The translations under genes and the position numbers were made by a program. This document shows, piece after piece, positions 20,113 to 30,985 of a stretch of DNA of 64,000 nt. The DNA is from Terriglobia bacterium (lineage in GTDB: Bacteria; Acidobacteriota; Terriglobia; 20CM-2-55-15): assembly GCA_965198225.1 (NCBI GenBank), contig CBDAOY010000007.1, positions 256,001 through 320,000 of the forward strand, read 5' to 3'. The notes below the pieces were generated by a model that worked only from the letters and a program-made list of their open reading frames with translations, did not search any database and was not told the DNA's origin. Position 1 is the first letter of the stretch. Each line of letters opens with the position of its first letter.

Positions 20113-20246
20113 GAATCAGTCACCGCAAACGGGCGGCCGGCCGGGCAGGGGCCGCGGTCGCCCATTAATCCTCACCACAACGCCGCTCGAGACATTCGGT
20201 CAGGACTCGAACTATACAAAACAGGGGGCGGATCTCCTGAGGAGGT

Positions 20247-20514
20247 GTAGGTGCGGTCTATGACCGCACATTCTTCGGGCCGAAACGATGTGCGCTCATA
20301 CAAGCTGTGAACGAATGCCATTTGTTTGAGAATCGGGTGGCGGGGCTTTTCACCAAGAACCTGCGATCCTCAAGTGTAGGTGCGCTCCATGAGCGCACAA
20401 ATGCCCGCGGAACCACAAGTTGTGCGGTCATAGACCGCACCTACACGTGAAAAGCCCCGCCACCCGATTTTCCGTTCCCATAATTCGTTCACAGCTTCAT
20501 AGAGCGCACCTACA
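20247..20514. repeat. REPIN-like nested palindrome of GTAG-type REPs
   Basis: GTAGGTGCG(G/C)TCTATGA(C/G)CGCAC-type units at 20247, 20376, 20422 (inverted) and ~20497 (partial); near-identical copy at 43573-43841. Confidence 0.85.
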
Positions 20515-20558
20515 CCTGAGCCCCTCTTCGCAGAATCGGTGGGTGGCTACCAAGGCAG

Positions 20559-20586
20559 AAAAAAGGCGGGTCGAAACGACCCGCCT
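20559..20586 (-). terminator. Rho-independent terminator after the creatininase-like gene
   Basis: Minus strand AGGCGGGTCG-TTT-CGACCCGCCT followed by a T-run. Confidence 0.75.
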
Positions 20587-20635
20587 GTGCAAAATGAGAA
20601 GGCGACCCCGGAAAAAGACGGGCCGTCCACACTCT

Positions 20636-22429
20636 TTACCGCTGTTCCATGCTCCTTGCCGTGATCCTTTCACGGATCACGTTCGTCGTGCGTTTCGCAC
20701 GGGCGTCGGAGATGGCCTTGGCGAGCTCGAGCGACCGACTCAGATCGGCAATCGAGACCCCGTTGATGACCGCCTGCCCGGTCTTCACCCGCTGCGCCCA
20801 ACGGACGGAGTTGGGATCGTCGAGCATCATGTTGAGCGTGATGCCCGGGCTGTCGTGCAAACCGTCCCTGGGCATGTCATCGGTCGTGACACCCAGATCG
20901 CGCAGGACGTTCGGGGTGCCCGGAGGGGCCCGGTAGTACTCGCCGATGTGAAAGGCGGACGCCTCTGAGCCCCAGTTGGCGGTGAGCTTCTCGGCGACGT
21001 TCGCCTGGCCGCTCTGATTGCCGCCGCTGTCGCCGATGAAGATGATGTTCTTAAAGCCGTGCGCCTTGAGGCTCTCCGCCGTGTCGGTCAGCACTGCCTC
21101 AAAGGTCTCCTGGCGGAGACTCAGAGTGCCGGGGCTGCGCATGTGGCCGCTCTGCGGATCGATATTCCCTTCGGGAACCAGCTCCATCACCGGCGCGCAG
21201 AGCGCGTTGCCCAGTTCTTGCGCGATGGCGGGGCAGTTGGTTCGCAGCACGTAGTTGTGCTTGCCCGTCACGAGCCACGGGCCGTTCGGCTCGATGCCGC
21301 CGGTCGAGATAATGGCCGTTGTCTTGCCCTCATTCAGGGCATCCCGAACGTCCATCCACGTCATCTCTTCGATCCACACCGTATCCGCCTTGGGCAGCGG
21401 ATTGGGCGTGTCCGAGCAGTTGTACTCGTTCGCGTCGCAGCTGCCGCCGCCCATCGTCCGCGGGTTGGGAGCGGGTCTCTGCGCCTGCTGGCCGCCGCGA
21501 CCGCCACGACCTCCTCTCGCCTGTCGCTGGGGCGCCGGGAGAGTGCCCCTGTTCGCGATCGCCCTCTTGATCGCCGTCGCGGTCTGGTTCGCCCGGAAGT
21601 CGACGATATCTCTGGCGAGCTCGAGCGACTTCACACGGTCGGCGATCGAAAAGCCGTTGATGGTCGCTTTGCCGGCGGCAACCCGCTTTTCGTAACGCAC
21701 CGAGCTGGGGTCGGTGTGGAACATGTTCAGGGTGATAATGGGATCGTCGTGGAGCCCGTCGCTTTCAGTGGCCTCCAGACCCCTGTATGCCATGTACCTG
21801 CTGACACCCCCGTAGTCGTAGTACTCCTGCACGTGCGCCACGACGGCGGCGCCTCCAAACTGTGCGTTCAGTTTTTCGGCGACAGAGCGCTGGCCGCCCT
21901 GATTGCCACCGCTGTCGCCGATGAAGATGATGTTCCGGAAGCCGTGCATCTTCAGGCTGTGTGCGACATCGGTCAGCACCGCCTCGAAGGTGTCGCCGCG
22001 GAGGCTCAAGGTGCCGGGGCTGGTCATATGGCCACTGGGCGGATCGATCGAGCCTTCGGGAACAAACTTGATGATGGGCGTGCAGATCGCGTTACCGAGC
22101 TTGCGCGCGGTCGCGTCGCAGTTGGCGCGCAACACGTAGTTATGTTTGCCCGTCACGAGCCACGGGCCGTTCGGCTCCATGCCACCGGTAGGGACGATGG
22201 CCGTCGTCTTGCCGTCAGCCAGGGCATCGCGGACATCCGTCCACGTCATCTCCTCGAGCCACACCGTGTCGGGTGTGGGTAGCGGATTGGGCGTGTCCAC
22301 GCAGTTGTACACATTCGCATCGCAGTCGCCGCCGCCTATCGAGCGCGGATCGGGCGCAGGTCGCTCCTGCGCCTGCAGCGGCACGGCGACAAGAAGCACC
22401 ACAACGAGGGCTAGAATCGTCTTCTTCAT
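20636..22429 (-). CDS. Secreted protein with two tandem creatininase-like domains
   Basis: Signal peptide; twice W.EEMTW.DVRDAL..GKTTAI..TGG.EPNGP, PGTLSL, HGF.NIIFIGDSGGN. Confidence 0.82.
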   Translation of the reverse strand: MKKTILALVVVLLVAVPLQAQERPAPDPRSIGGGDCDANVYNCVDTPNPLPTPDTVWLEEMTWTDVRDALADGKTTAIVPTGGMEPNGPWLVTGKHNYVLRANCDATARKLGNAICTPIIKFVPEGSIDPPSGHMTSPGTLSLRGDTFEAVLTDVAHSLKMHGFRNIIFIGDSGGNQGGQRSVAEKLNAQFGGAAVVAHVQEYYDYGGVSRYMAYRGLEATESDGLHDDPIITLNMFHTDPSSVRYEKRVAAGKATINGFSIADRVKSLELARDIVDFRANQTATAIKRAIANRGTLPAPQRQARGGRGGRGGQQAQRPAPNPRTMGGGSCDANEYNCSDTPNPLPKADTVWIEEMTWMDVRDALNEGKTTAIISTGGIEPNGPWLVTGKHNYVLRTNCPAIAQELGNALCAPVMELVPEGNIDPQSGHMRSPGTLSLRQETFEAVLTDTAESLKAHGFKNIIFIGDSGGNQSGQANVAEKLTANWGSEASAFHIGEYYRAPPGTPNVLRDLGVTTDDMPRDGLHDSPGITLNMMLDDPNSVRWAQRVKTGQAVINGVSIADLSRSLELAKAISDARAKRTTNVIRERITARSMEQR

Positions 22430-22860
22430 GTTCCTCTCCGATTGGGCGAGCGTCTTACCGAGGCTTCGACCGAGCCATTCGGTGCGCCCGGGGGTTGATC
22501 CCGATTTGATGAAGAACCTCCCGCACTCGATGGTCCGTGCCAGAGCGGGAGCTCTTACACTGCGGACAAAGCGCGTCAGGCCGTGCATCGCTATGTATCC
22601 TCAATGGTAAGGCCGCGTGCTTTCGGTGGGGATTGTACCAATCCTCGGCGGCGGAGAGGAGAAATAAGAGACTAGTGGCTACAGGACGTCTAGACAACCT
22701 TGGGACGTCCAAGCCACGGGCACACTCGGACTTGGGTACTCCATTCTTTCACTCCGGCTGGCGATCCAAGTGGCAAGCGTATGTACGACACTTCGTCACG
22801 CGCATAGACCGTCTGGCGCAGCCACGTGTTATGCGGTATGGAGGAGTCCCTAGAAGACTT

Positions 22861-23205
22861 TCAGAACCACGGCTTTCGGCCCACGACATATGTCTGCTCG
22901 AACTCTTCATCCGATTTCGTAAGGTAAAGAATGCCTTCGATCAGCGCGATGATCGCAAGCGCGATGTTCGGGAGTCCTAGCAGAAAAATTGTCACGATCC
23001 ACCCAACCGTGTTGGTCAGAAGATAAATGAGACCCGGACCAATGTAGCCCAGATAGAATTTGTGAATTCCAAAGCCGCCAAGAAAAATCGCAAACAACCC
23101 TGCTGCGACTTTGCTCTTGGAGCCCGGAGTTACAGTACCGGTACCGCCCAGCGCCCTGTAGACCGCAACAGCATTGTTTCCTTGGACATCAAAGTCGACT
23201 GACAT
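22861..23205 (-). pseudogene. TM2-domain membrane protein, probably 5'-truncated cassette gene
   Basis: KSKVAAGLFAIFLGGFGIHKFYLG...IEGILYLTKSDEEF; abuts an attC half at 23223-23229. Confidence 0.75.
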
Positions 23206-23552
23206 CCCCGTCGCCTGCAGTGGTTAGGCGATCTCGCAGTCTAGCTATTGCAAGGCGAAAATAAATCCGTCCCCTTTTCTTTACGGACCTCGACCACGGT
23301 GACCCAGGGGGGCGGCTCTCTCCCGTACCTGGCAGGCCGTGGTTCGGTAGGTTGGCGTGCAAAACGACGACATCCAGGGGGGCGGAAAATCATCGTGATT
23401 CTCCTGCGTACCTGGTCACGAATCGAGGGATGTTCTCGCCGGATCGAACCACCCACACGCTGACGACATTGGCGCGTCCCGTCGGTCCATTCAGGGTAGC
23501 CCGAATCTAGAATCTCTGCCCATACGGCGTCGACGTCTCGCCATCGAACGTC

Positions 23553-24008
23553 CTACGCCGCATAGCCTTTGATTCGTACGACCTGCTCGGCGAGATCCAC
23601 CGTCCCCGTGGCCCAGATCTGAAGGGTGTTGACCCAGGCGTAGGCCTTTGAAGAGGTTGTCAGGGTTACGTTCTCGCGGAGATCAGCGATGGTGCTTCCT
23701 TCTCGCGGCGTGGCAACGCCGTCCGCGAAAAAGGCAATTCGCTCCCCGCCCTCCGTGGTGATCTCTGCATGAATGTGGAGCTGAAACCGGCCGTCCGCAC
23801 GAATCTGCAGGTAGTCGACGCCTTTGAGATTACCCTTGAGTCTCGGTCCAGTTGCCTCGCCCTCGAATGCGACATCGAATCGTGCCCCTTCTGCCGGTGG
23901 TGCGGCGTCCCCTGCCATCAGAGCGTCGAGACTAACGCCGTAGTCCGTCATGCCTGTGAACTTGACAGTGTATTCGTACAGCAGGTCTCCCACTTCAATC
24001 GTGCTCAT
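23553..24008 (-). CDS. DUF3237-like beta-barrel protein, cassette gene
   Basis: FEGEATGPRLKG...VDYLQIRADG...YAWVN; RBS GAGG; GTTAGGC core 38 bp upstream. Confidence 0.7.
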   Translation of the reverse strand: MSTIEVGDLLYEYTVKFTGMTDYGVSLDALMAGDAAPPAEGARFDVAFEGEATGPRLKGNLKGVDYLQIRADGRFQLHIHAEITTEGGERIAFFADGVATPREGSTIADLRENVTLTTSSKAYAWVNTLQIWATGTVDLAEQVVRIKGYAA

Positions 24009-24142
24009 TGGTGCTCCCTCCTCAAAGTTGGCAAGAAGACATGACGCCTAACGGATCACGATTGAGCTGCAGCGGCCGCTCAATCCTCGAAGAAGTAAAA
24101 GTCGCGATCGCTGTTATGGTTGCTGTTTCATCCAACATGGCC

Positions 24143-24247
24143 GCCTAACGGTTTGGCGATAACCCGCGCCGAGGAGCATTGCGCCGAGGGAACCGCTGAA
24201 CGGCCCGCAGCGCCGGAAGCGGCGCCGGGTTCATCGCCGTGTTAGGC
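24143..24247 (-). other. Integron attC site, complete
   Basis: Minus strand GCCTAAC-acggc-GATGAACCCGGCGCC...GGCGCGGGTTATC-gccaaacc-GTTAGGC with unpaired extrahelical G bases. Confidence 0.8.
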
Positions 24248-24316
24248 AGTTCCGTAGCCGAAGCAGCGCCGATTGCGTATGCTCACTAACCGGGAATGCC
24301 GTTTTCGATGTTCGGC

Positions 24317-24841
24317 CTACTCGATGCGCCGCAACGTCATCGAGGAGCCCGGTGCATTAGGGGCGGACACACTATCCACAGCCACGACACTCTCCTGAGT
24401 GAGAGTCAGCACGTCGCCGTCGATTTGGAAGTCCATCGTTCCCTGTCCGCCGACGCGTTCGGGACTCTTGGCGACCTGCGGCCGAAAGGTAATGGTGGAG
24501 CCGCTAACCTCATAAGCGCCCGTGTTGACGATGATCGTGTCGTATTGCGCGACCTTCTCTTCCGGCGTCGGGCCGAAGCTGGCTGCAGCCCGGGGACGCG
24601 GTTCCGCTCCGAGCGAGTGGACCGCGCTGTAGTGTCGCTCAGTGAAGATAAACAGACCTGGTTGCGAGGGTTCGATCGTCTCCCCCTCGCTTGAGGTCCT
24701 TGCGCTGACTGACCACACTCCGAGCAGCGGGTTGGGCGGTGCGGCTGGCTCCTCGGGCACCGGATCCGGAGCGCAGGACGCGATCGTTACCAGAATAACG
24801 AGCGCAGCAGTCCCCAACACCAACCGTGAACCTATTCGCAT
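24317..24841 (-). CDS. Lipoprotein with a lipocalin-like domain
   Basis: Lipobox IASC; LLGVWS, FIFTERHYS, NTGAYEVSG, DGDVLTL; RBS AAGGAGG. Confidence 0.75.
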   Translation of the reverse strand: MRIGSRLVLGTAALVILVTIASCAPDPVPEEPAAPPNPLLGVWSVSARTSSEGETIEPSQPGLFIFTERHYSAVHSLGAEPRPRAAASFGPTPEEKVAQYDTIIVNTGAYEVSGSTITFRPQVAKSPERVGGQGTMDFQIDGDVLTLTQESVVAVDSVSAPNAPGSSMTLRRIE

Positions 24842-24910
24842 GACAACATCCTCCTTATCTGCCTGACTACCATTAGACGACCTATCAGTTGCCGCTCGAA
24901 CCGAGAAGAC

Positions 24911-26128
24911 TCATCCCTTCGAAGTCCAGCCTGCACCTCCCGACAGGCCTGCCTGCTTCCCGAGCCAGGCGATCGCGTTCTCCACGAGCCGGATGTTGTC
25001 GCGCTGGCCCAGCGTGAGGATCTTCCAGGTTCCTGAGGCCACGACCCGTCCCTGGCCATATTGCCAGGCGGCGAGGATGGTGGGCTCGGATCGTGATGTC
25101 GGGACGTAGTCATGTATCTGGTGCAGGTATCCCTGGTCATCGGGTCGCCCAGTTGCTTCCACTACGACCGCCGAGTCAGCGCCGATCCGGATCTCGTACT
25201 CCGGCGTATCGATCGGCTCGATAGAGCAGGCAGAGAGGACCGCCAGCTCGCGAGCGCCGCGGCTAATTGGGTGATCATTGCTCGCTGGCAACTGGATCGC
25301 GACAGCGAATTCGCCGTTCGTATCGAAGCCCTGATCCTGGCACTCGCGGCGTGAGGTCCTCCCCCGCGGCATCACAATATCGTTTCGAAACGAAAACCCG
25401 AGCGCCCGGCCGAGAGAGCTAGGATTAGCAAGATGATGAATGTCCGCGAGGTAGAAGCCGAGCAGAAAGAGCCCACCGCCAGCCTGGACCCAGTCACGCA
25501 CGAGCATTACGTCCTCGCGGGAGAACTCGACGTGCCACCCGAGGGCCAACACCAGCACCCGGCAATCAGCCAAATCATCCATCTGCGCTGCGATGCCGGC
25601 GTCGAGTTCAAGCGCGTCGTCCTTGAGAATTCGCCCCGCGGCTGCCCTGAAGCCGTACCATTCGCGTTGGCCGTGAGAGACATCGAGGGCGACGGCCGGG
25701 TGTCGCCTCGCCTCCTAGGCCTTGTCGACCGCCGCCGCGATGGCCTGGGTCAGCGCCTCCGTCCCATCCCGCGTGCTACCGCAAACTAGCCCCCCTAGTA
25801 CTGGCGAGCGGCTCACGAGTTCCCTGTAGTCCATTTCGTGCAGCACCGGCAGGATCGTCTTCTTGTACTCTTGCATCGCCACAAGGCCCTGGAGTTCGGC
25901 CATAGTCCAGGACTTGTCAAAGAAGCTCTTGCTCAGGATCACGACTCCGAAGCGGCTCTTCTTGAGCCCGCCGTCGATCCCACTGAATAGCGGGTCGCCC
26001 AGCGTGAGCTCGCTCTCGTCGATCCACACGCGCAGGCCCTTCCGCTCAAGCGCGGCCGCGAGAGGTCTCGCGATAGTCGCCTTGTCCTCGCGCGCGTGGC
26101 TGATGAAGACGTCGTATTGTTTCGGCAT
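24911..26128 (-). pseudogene. TIR domain fused to a DUF4350/GIFT-like domain, with an in-frame TAG at 25715-25717
   Basis: YDVFISHAREDK...VWIDE...SKSFFDKSWTMAEL; both ORFs share a frame; linker reads VALDVSHGQ, then DWVQAGGGLFLLG...GQGRVVASG. Confidence 0.75.
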
Positions 26129-26699
26129 AGTGTTCCGCCAGTATATTCGACGCCAGATTGTTCACTCACGAAGCCGGGTCGCCCAGATCGTCTAACCACC
26201 ATTCTGCAGAACTACGTAACCACACATATCAGGCACCGTTAGCCAGGTATCAACAGCCGGCCTTTTCTAAACACGATGGAAACAAATCAGGTTCTGGAAA
26301 GCGCCTCGCACGATATGCTGCAGGAATTGTGATCATAAATCCACGAGTTTGCTGGGGTGGAGCGATCGGGCTGCATACTGCTGGATTAGCTTCACTAAAG
26401 CTGTTCCTCCTCTATGTTGGTCTCCCGCGTTTCGGCTAAATCGCGTTACTCACGAGTGTCTTCGATGATTCGGGTTGCTTGAAGGGGGTCTCTCGGTCAA
26501 GGCATGGTAGCCCGCGTTTCCGAATCCTGTGGTGATCGCGCATAGATACGGCTATTCGTGGTTGACGGGAATGCACATTGGCCGAGGTAGACGAAGAAAA
26601 GAGACAGGCCTGCAGCTTTGTCTTCAAGCCAACCCGAGAACCGCGTTCCGTAATCGAGACCGCGGTGGTCGGGCCACGTAATGTGTTAAAAAGACTTGC

Positions 26700-29323
26700 A
26701 TGATCAACTACCGCTGGATGCGAACCGTTCGATTCGCCACTGTCGCATTTCTGACTCTCATCTGCCATCCGGGTCCATGGTTTGGCGAGTCATCTCATGT
26801 GTACGCCCAGGGCACTGCAAACCCGGTCGTTCGTGTCGAGACAGCGGTGGGCAATTTTTCTATCGAGCTGTTCGAACAGACCACGCCGGTCACGGTGGCG
26901 AACTTTCTCAACTATGTGAGAGATGGGGACTATACAGGAACGTTCTTCCATCGGGTTGTCCCCAATTTTGTCGTGCAGGGAGGCGGTTTTCGACTGGATT
27001 CCAATGGCACAGCGGTCGAGATTTCTAAGGACCCACCGATTGTAAATGAGTACAACATCTCCAACACCCGCGGCACCGTGGCGATGGCCAAACTGGGAGG
27101 AGATCCCAATAGTGCGACCAACCAGTGGTTCGTCAACCTGGCCGATAACTCCGCGAATCTCGATTCTCAGAATGGCGGGTTTACGGTGTTCGGGCGGGTG
27201 ATTGACGACGGCATGGACGTGGTCGATGCGATCGCGGCATTGCCGCTGTTCAATTTCGGCGGCGCGTTTACCGCGACGCCAACTATCAACTTCAGCGGGG
27301 TGGGCAATGTTCAGGCCGAAAACCTGGTAATTATGAACAGGGTGACCGTGGTTGAAACGGTGCTGGCATCGACGGGGGCAGTCACCCCGGAATCCGTAGC
27401 CGCCGGAGCGTCCGCCCTGTTTACCGTAATCGTCACGCCGGCGGCGAATCCAGTCAGCACCGGAATCACCGTCACCGCGGATTTGTCGGCAATCGGCGGG
27501 TCCTCGACACAGTCCCTCGTCGACGACGGAACGAACGGTGACGCCACGTCCGGCGACAACACCTTTTCGTTCCAGGTGACGGTTCCCGCCACAACGTCCA
27601 CAGGAACCAAGACGATCGCGGCGACCGTCGCCGATGGACAGTCGCGAACCAGCAGCTCCTCGATCACGCTGACAGTCACAAGGGCAATCGGCACCCAAAC
27701 GTTTTCGGTCACGGACCGTGGCGCAACCTTGAACTTCAGCCAGGGGACGTCGGCGAACACGACGGTCGGCTATGGCCGGATACGGCCGGACTCTGGAATG
27801 ACGACACCTTCTGGTTTGGCGATATTCGGTTTTACCCAGGATGGCGTTCTGGTCGCCGAGGCCGGGGTTCCCGCAACGGCACCGATTCAGCAGGGCCGCA
27901 TCTTCGCGGAAGTGGCTGGTCCGGTAAACACGGGACTGGCCATCGCCAACCCCAATGACGTCGATGCGACGATTTCCTTCTACTTCACAAACCTCGAGGG
28001 AACGAACTTTGGAGAAGGCAGCCTGACGCTGGGCGCCAACCAGCAGACAGCGAAGTTCCTGGATCAGGCTCCCTTCAACGGGGTTTCGATCCTGGGCACC
28101 TTCACGTTTACGTCCTCGGTGCCCGTGTCCGCGGTCGCCCTTCGAGGGTTTACGAACCAGCGTTCGGAATTCTTGACCACGACGCTACCGGTTGCGCCGT
28201 TGTCGTCGGCATCGTCGGACACCATCTATTTTCCTCACTTCGCGGATGGCGGCGGGTGGACGACTCAAGTCATCCTCGTGAACCCGACCGACGTTACTAT
28301 ACAGGAAGCGTGGAATTCCTCGGGCAGGGAAGCGGTGCCATCGCCGCCGCGCCCGTTACCCTGACCTTGGACGATGCTGCCACAGGATCCAGCTTTCTCT
28401 ACGCGATCGCTCCGCGCAGTCGGCCTTCACGTTTACGTCCTCGGTGCCCGTGTCCGCGGTCGCCCTTCGAGGGTTTACGAACCAGCGTTCGGAATTCTTG
28501 ACCACGACGCACAGGAAGCGTGGAATTCCTCGGGCAGGGAAGCGGTGCCATCGCCGCCGCGCCCGTTACCCTGACCTTGGACGATGCTGCCACAGGATCC
28601 AGCTTTCTCTACGCGATCGCTCCGCGCACATCGAAGCGTTTCACTACCTCAAACCCCGTGGGTTCGGTGTCTGTGGGTTCGGTCCGCGCCACTCCCGATA
28701 GCGGTAGCTCAACCCCCTCGGGGGTGGGCGTCTTTTCCCTGACCAGTGGAGGGATCACGGTTTCTGAGGCGGGTGTGCCGGCTCTGCCGACCGGATCCGC
28801 GTTTCGAGTCTATGTCGAAGCGTCGGGAACGACGGGCCAGGTGGGGTCGATCCGCAGTGGGCTTGCGGTTACCGACACGTCCGCTACCGCGAACACGGTG
28901 ACGCTGGAATTGACGAGCCTGGACGGATCCACAGTAGGTGCTGCCGAGACGTTGTCGCTTCCCCCTTCGGGGCAGGTGGCACAGTTTATCGATGAATTGT
29001 TCTCTCTGCCCGCCGACTTCTCGGGAGTGCTGAGAGTCACTTCGACTTCAGATATTGCACTGGTCGGGCTGAGAGGCCGAACGAATCAGCGTTCCGATTT
29101 TCTCATTACAACGACACCGCCATCGAACGAGGTCAGCACGCCGGCGAGCGTCGATATCTACTTCCCGCACATAGCGGATTCAGGGGGGTGGGCCACCCAG
29201 TTCGTTCTGTTCAGCGGTACGGCGGGCCAGGCGTCCGCCGGGACTTTGAGCTTCATCGACCAGGCCGGGCAGCCACTCGACCTGTCGGTCTTGTCATCCA
29301 GCAGCATATCGGGCATCAACTGA
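26700..29323 (+). pseudogene. Cyclophilin-type PPIase fused to Ig-like and repeated surface domains, disrupted at 28300-28510
   Basis: TVANFLNYV..G.Y.GTFFHRVVPNFVVQGGG, RGTVAMAK, SATNQWFVNL; repeated YFPH.AD.GGW.TQ; frameshift plus mosaic duplication. Confidence 0.8.
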
Positions 29324-29389
29324 TTTTCGCCGAACGGTATCCGTGTTCTGAGATCTCGGATGTGAGAGGGCGAAACTTCAGGATCGGGT

Positions 29390-29455
29390 GTAGGTGCGCT
29401 CTATGAGCGCACGTTGTAGCGGTTTGAGGAATGTGCGGTCATAGACCGCACCTAC
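29390..29455. repeat. Inverted REP doublet
   Basis: GTAGGTGCGCTCTATGAGCGCAC plus inverted GTGCGGTCATAGACCGCACCTAC. Confidence 0.8.
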
Positions 29456-29474
29456 ACGTGGGCACCTTTAGATA

Positions 29475-30803
29475 ATGAAGCAGAGTGAGGCCATTCAAAA
29501 GCCGTTGACGCATCGGACCGTCCTTGCGATTGCTCTGTCGGTCATGATTTCCAACGTGTCGACTCCGCTCATCGGGGTTGTCGACACCGGCGTCGTCGGC
29601 CAGATCCCGGACCCGGTCTACATCGGAGCTGTCGCCATCGGTTCCCTGGTGTTCACGTTTCTCTTCTGGGCTTTCGGTTTCCTGCGGATGGGGACGACAG
29701 GGCTGACCGCGCAGGCGCTCGGTGCGGGGGACACCGACGAGTTGGTGGCGGGTCTCGGTCGCGCGTTGATGATCGCGGTCTCTGCGGGCGCCGGACTGCT
29801 CCTACTGCAGTGGCCTATCGGACAGGCCGCGTTCTTTCTGCTCGACGGCAGCCCGCAGGTCGAGCAACTCGCTCGTGACTATTTCGACATCCGAATCTGG
29901 TCGGCGCCCGCGGCATTCGCAAACTTCGCCTTGCTCGGCTGGTTCATCGGCCTCGGCCGCACCGACATCGGTCTGGTTTTGCAGCTCGTGTTGAACCTGA
30001 CCAACATGTCGCTGGATGCGCTGTTTGTGCTCGGTTTCGGTTGGGACGTCACCGGCGTCGCGCTCGGAACGCTGATCGCCGAAGTCGTCGCCGCAGCAGT
30101 CGGGCTTGCGGTCGCTGCCCGACATGTGCGGCGTCTCAGCGGGAGCTGGCCCATGGACAGGCTGCTGATCCCTGCACGGCTGCGGCGGACGATCGCTGTC
30201 AACGGAGACATCATGATCCGGTCGCTGGCGCTTGTTTTCGTGTTCGCCTGGTTCATGTCCGAAGGTGCACGGCAGGGGAATGTGATCCTGGCGGCAAATG
30301 CGGTTCTCATGCACTTCATCTCGATGGCAGCGTACTTCCTCGACGGGCTGGCGTTTGCTGCCGAAGCTCTGGTCGGTCGGTCGGTCGGGGCATCGCATCG
30401 GGCGGGCCTGAGGGCTGCGGCGCGTATGACCACGCTCTGGTCGGCGGGGGTCGCTGTGGCGATCTCCTCAGTCCTGGCCCTGCTCGGCACATTTTTTATC
30501 GATACGCTGACGGTTGACGCGGCGTCGCGTGCTGCGGCACGCACGTATCTGCCCTGGGCTGCAGCGGCGCCATTGCTTGGTGTCTGGGCGTTTCAGCTCG
30601 ACGGCATCTTCATCGGCGCAACCCGCTCGGTCGATATGCGAAATGCGATGCTCGCCTCACTCGCCATCTTTCTCGCCGCCTGGTGGCTGTTGACGCCGTA
30701 TGACAATCACGGACTCTGGGCCGCGCTTTACGTCCACTACGTGGCCCGTATCGGCACCTTGTCCTACTACTACCCGAGGTTGGTCCGTTCAGTCGAGGCG
30801 TGA
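29475..30803 (+). CDS. MATE-family efflux transporter (DinF-like)
   Basis: SNVSTPLIGVVDT, FGFLRMGTTGLTAQALGA, DG.A.AAE.LVG, LDGIFIGAT; about 12 TM segments. Confidence 0.92.
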   Translation: MKQSEAIQKPLTHRTVLAIALSVMISNVSTPLIGVVDTGVVGQIPDPVYIGAVAIGSLVFTFLFWAFGFLRMGTTGLTAQALGAGDTDELVAGLGRALMIAVSAGAGLLLLQWPIGQAAFFLLDGSPQVEQLARDYFDIRIWSAPAAFANFALLGWFIGLGRTDIGLVLQLVLNLTNMSLDALFVLGFGWDVTGVALGTLIAEVVAAAVGLAVAARHVRRLSGSWPMDRLLIPARLRRTIAVNGDIMIRSLALVFVFAWFMSEGARQGNVILAANAVLMHFISMAAYFLDGLAFAAEALVGRSVGASHRAGLRAAARMTTLWSAGVAVAISSVLALLGTFFIDTLTVDAASRAAARTYLPWAAAAPLLGVWAFQLDGIFIGATRSVDMRNAMLASLAIFLAAWWLLTPYDNHGLWAALYVHYVARIGTLSYYYPRLVRSVEA

Positions 30804-30832
30804 GGGGTATGGGCGAAACTTCAGGCTCAGGT

Positions 30833-30897
30833 GTAGGTGCGCTCTATGAGCGCACATGTTTCGGTTCGTAGAATGTGCGGTCATAGACCGCATCTAC
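30833..30897. repeat. Inverted REP doublet
   Basis: Same REP pair and same upstream GGGCGAAACTTCAGG as at 29368-29455. Confidence 0.8.
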
Positions 30898-30911
30898 ACG
30901 GCTGGAGGCCG

Positions 30912-30953
30912 AAAAAAGAGAACGGCCGGAAGAGCGCTATACTCTCCCGGCCG
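30912..30953 (-). terminator. Probable terminator between convergent genes
   Basis: CGGCCGGAAGAG...CTCTCCCGGCCG hairpin with an adjacent A-run. Confidence 0.5.
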
Positions 30954-30985
30954 CATTGATCTCAAGGGAATACTATTGCTTCGTC

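Noticed and set aside
20247-20514. CRISPR array
   Set aside because: Repeats alternate in orientation, spacers are palindromic and reused at 43.6 kb, and there are no cas genes; this fits REP/REPIN
22670-22740. Further copy of the 267-bp MITE (ACTAGTGG...)
   Set aside because: The match is limited to a few bases and there is no partner inverted repeat
26436-26690. Possible transposase remnant or small gene
   Set aside because: Only vague resemblance; no convincing motif, RBS or element ends
28100-28628. Diversity-generating retroelement TR/VR pair
   Set aside because: Copies appear identical with no adenine-specific mismatches, and no reverse transcriptase is present
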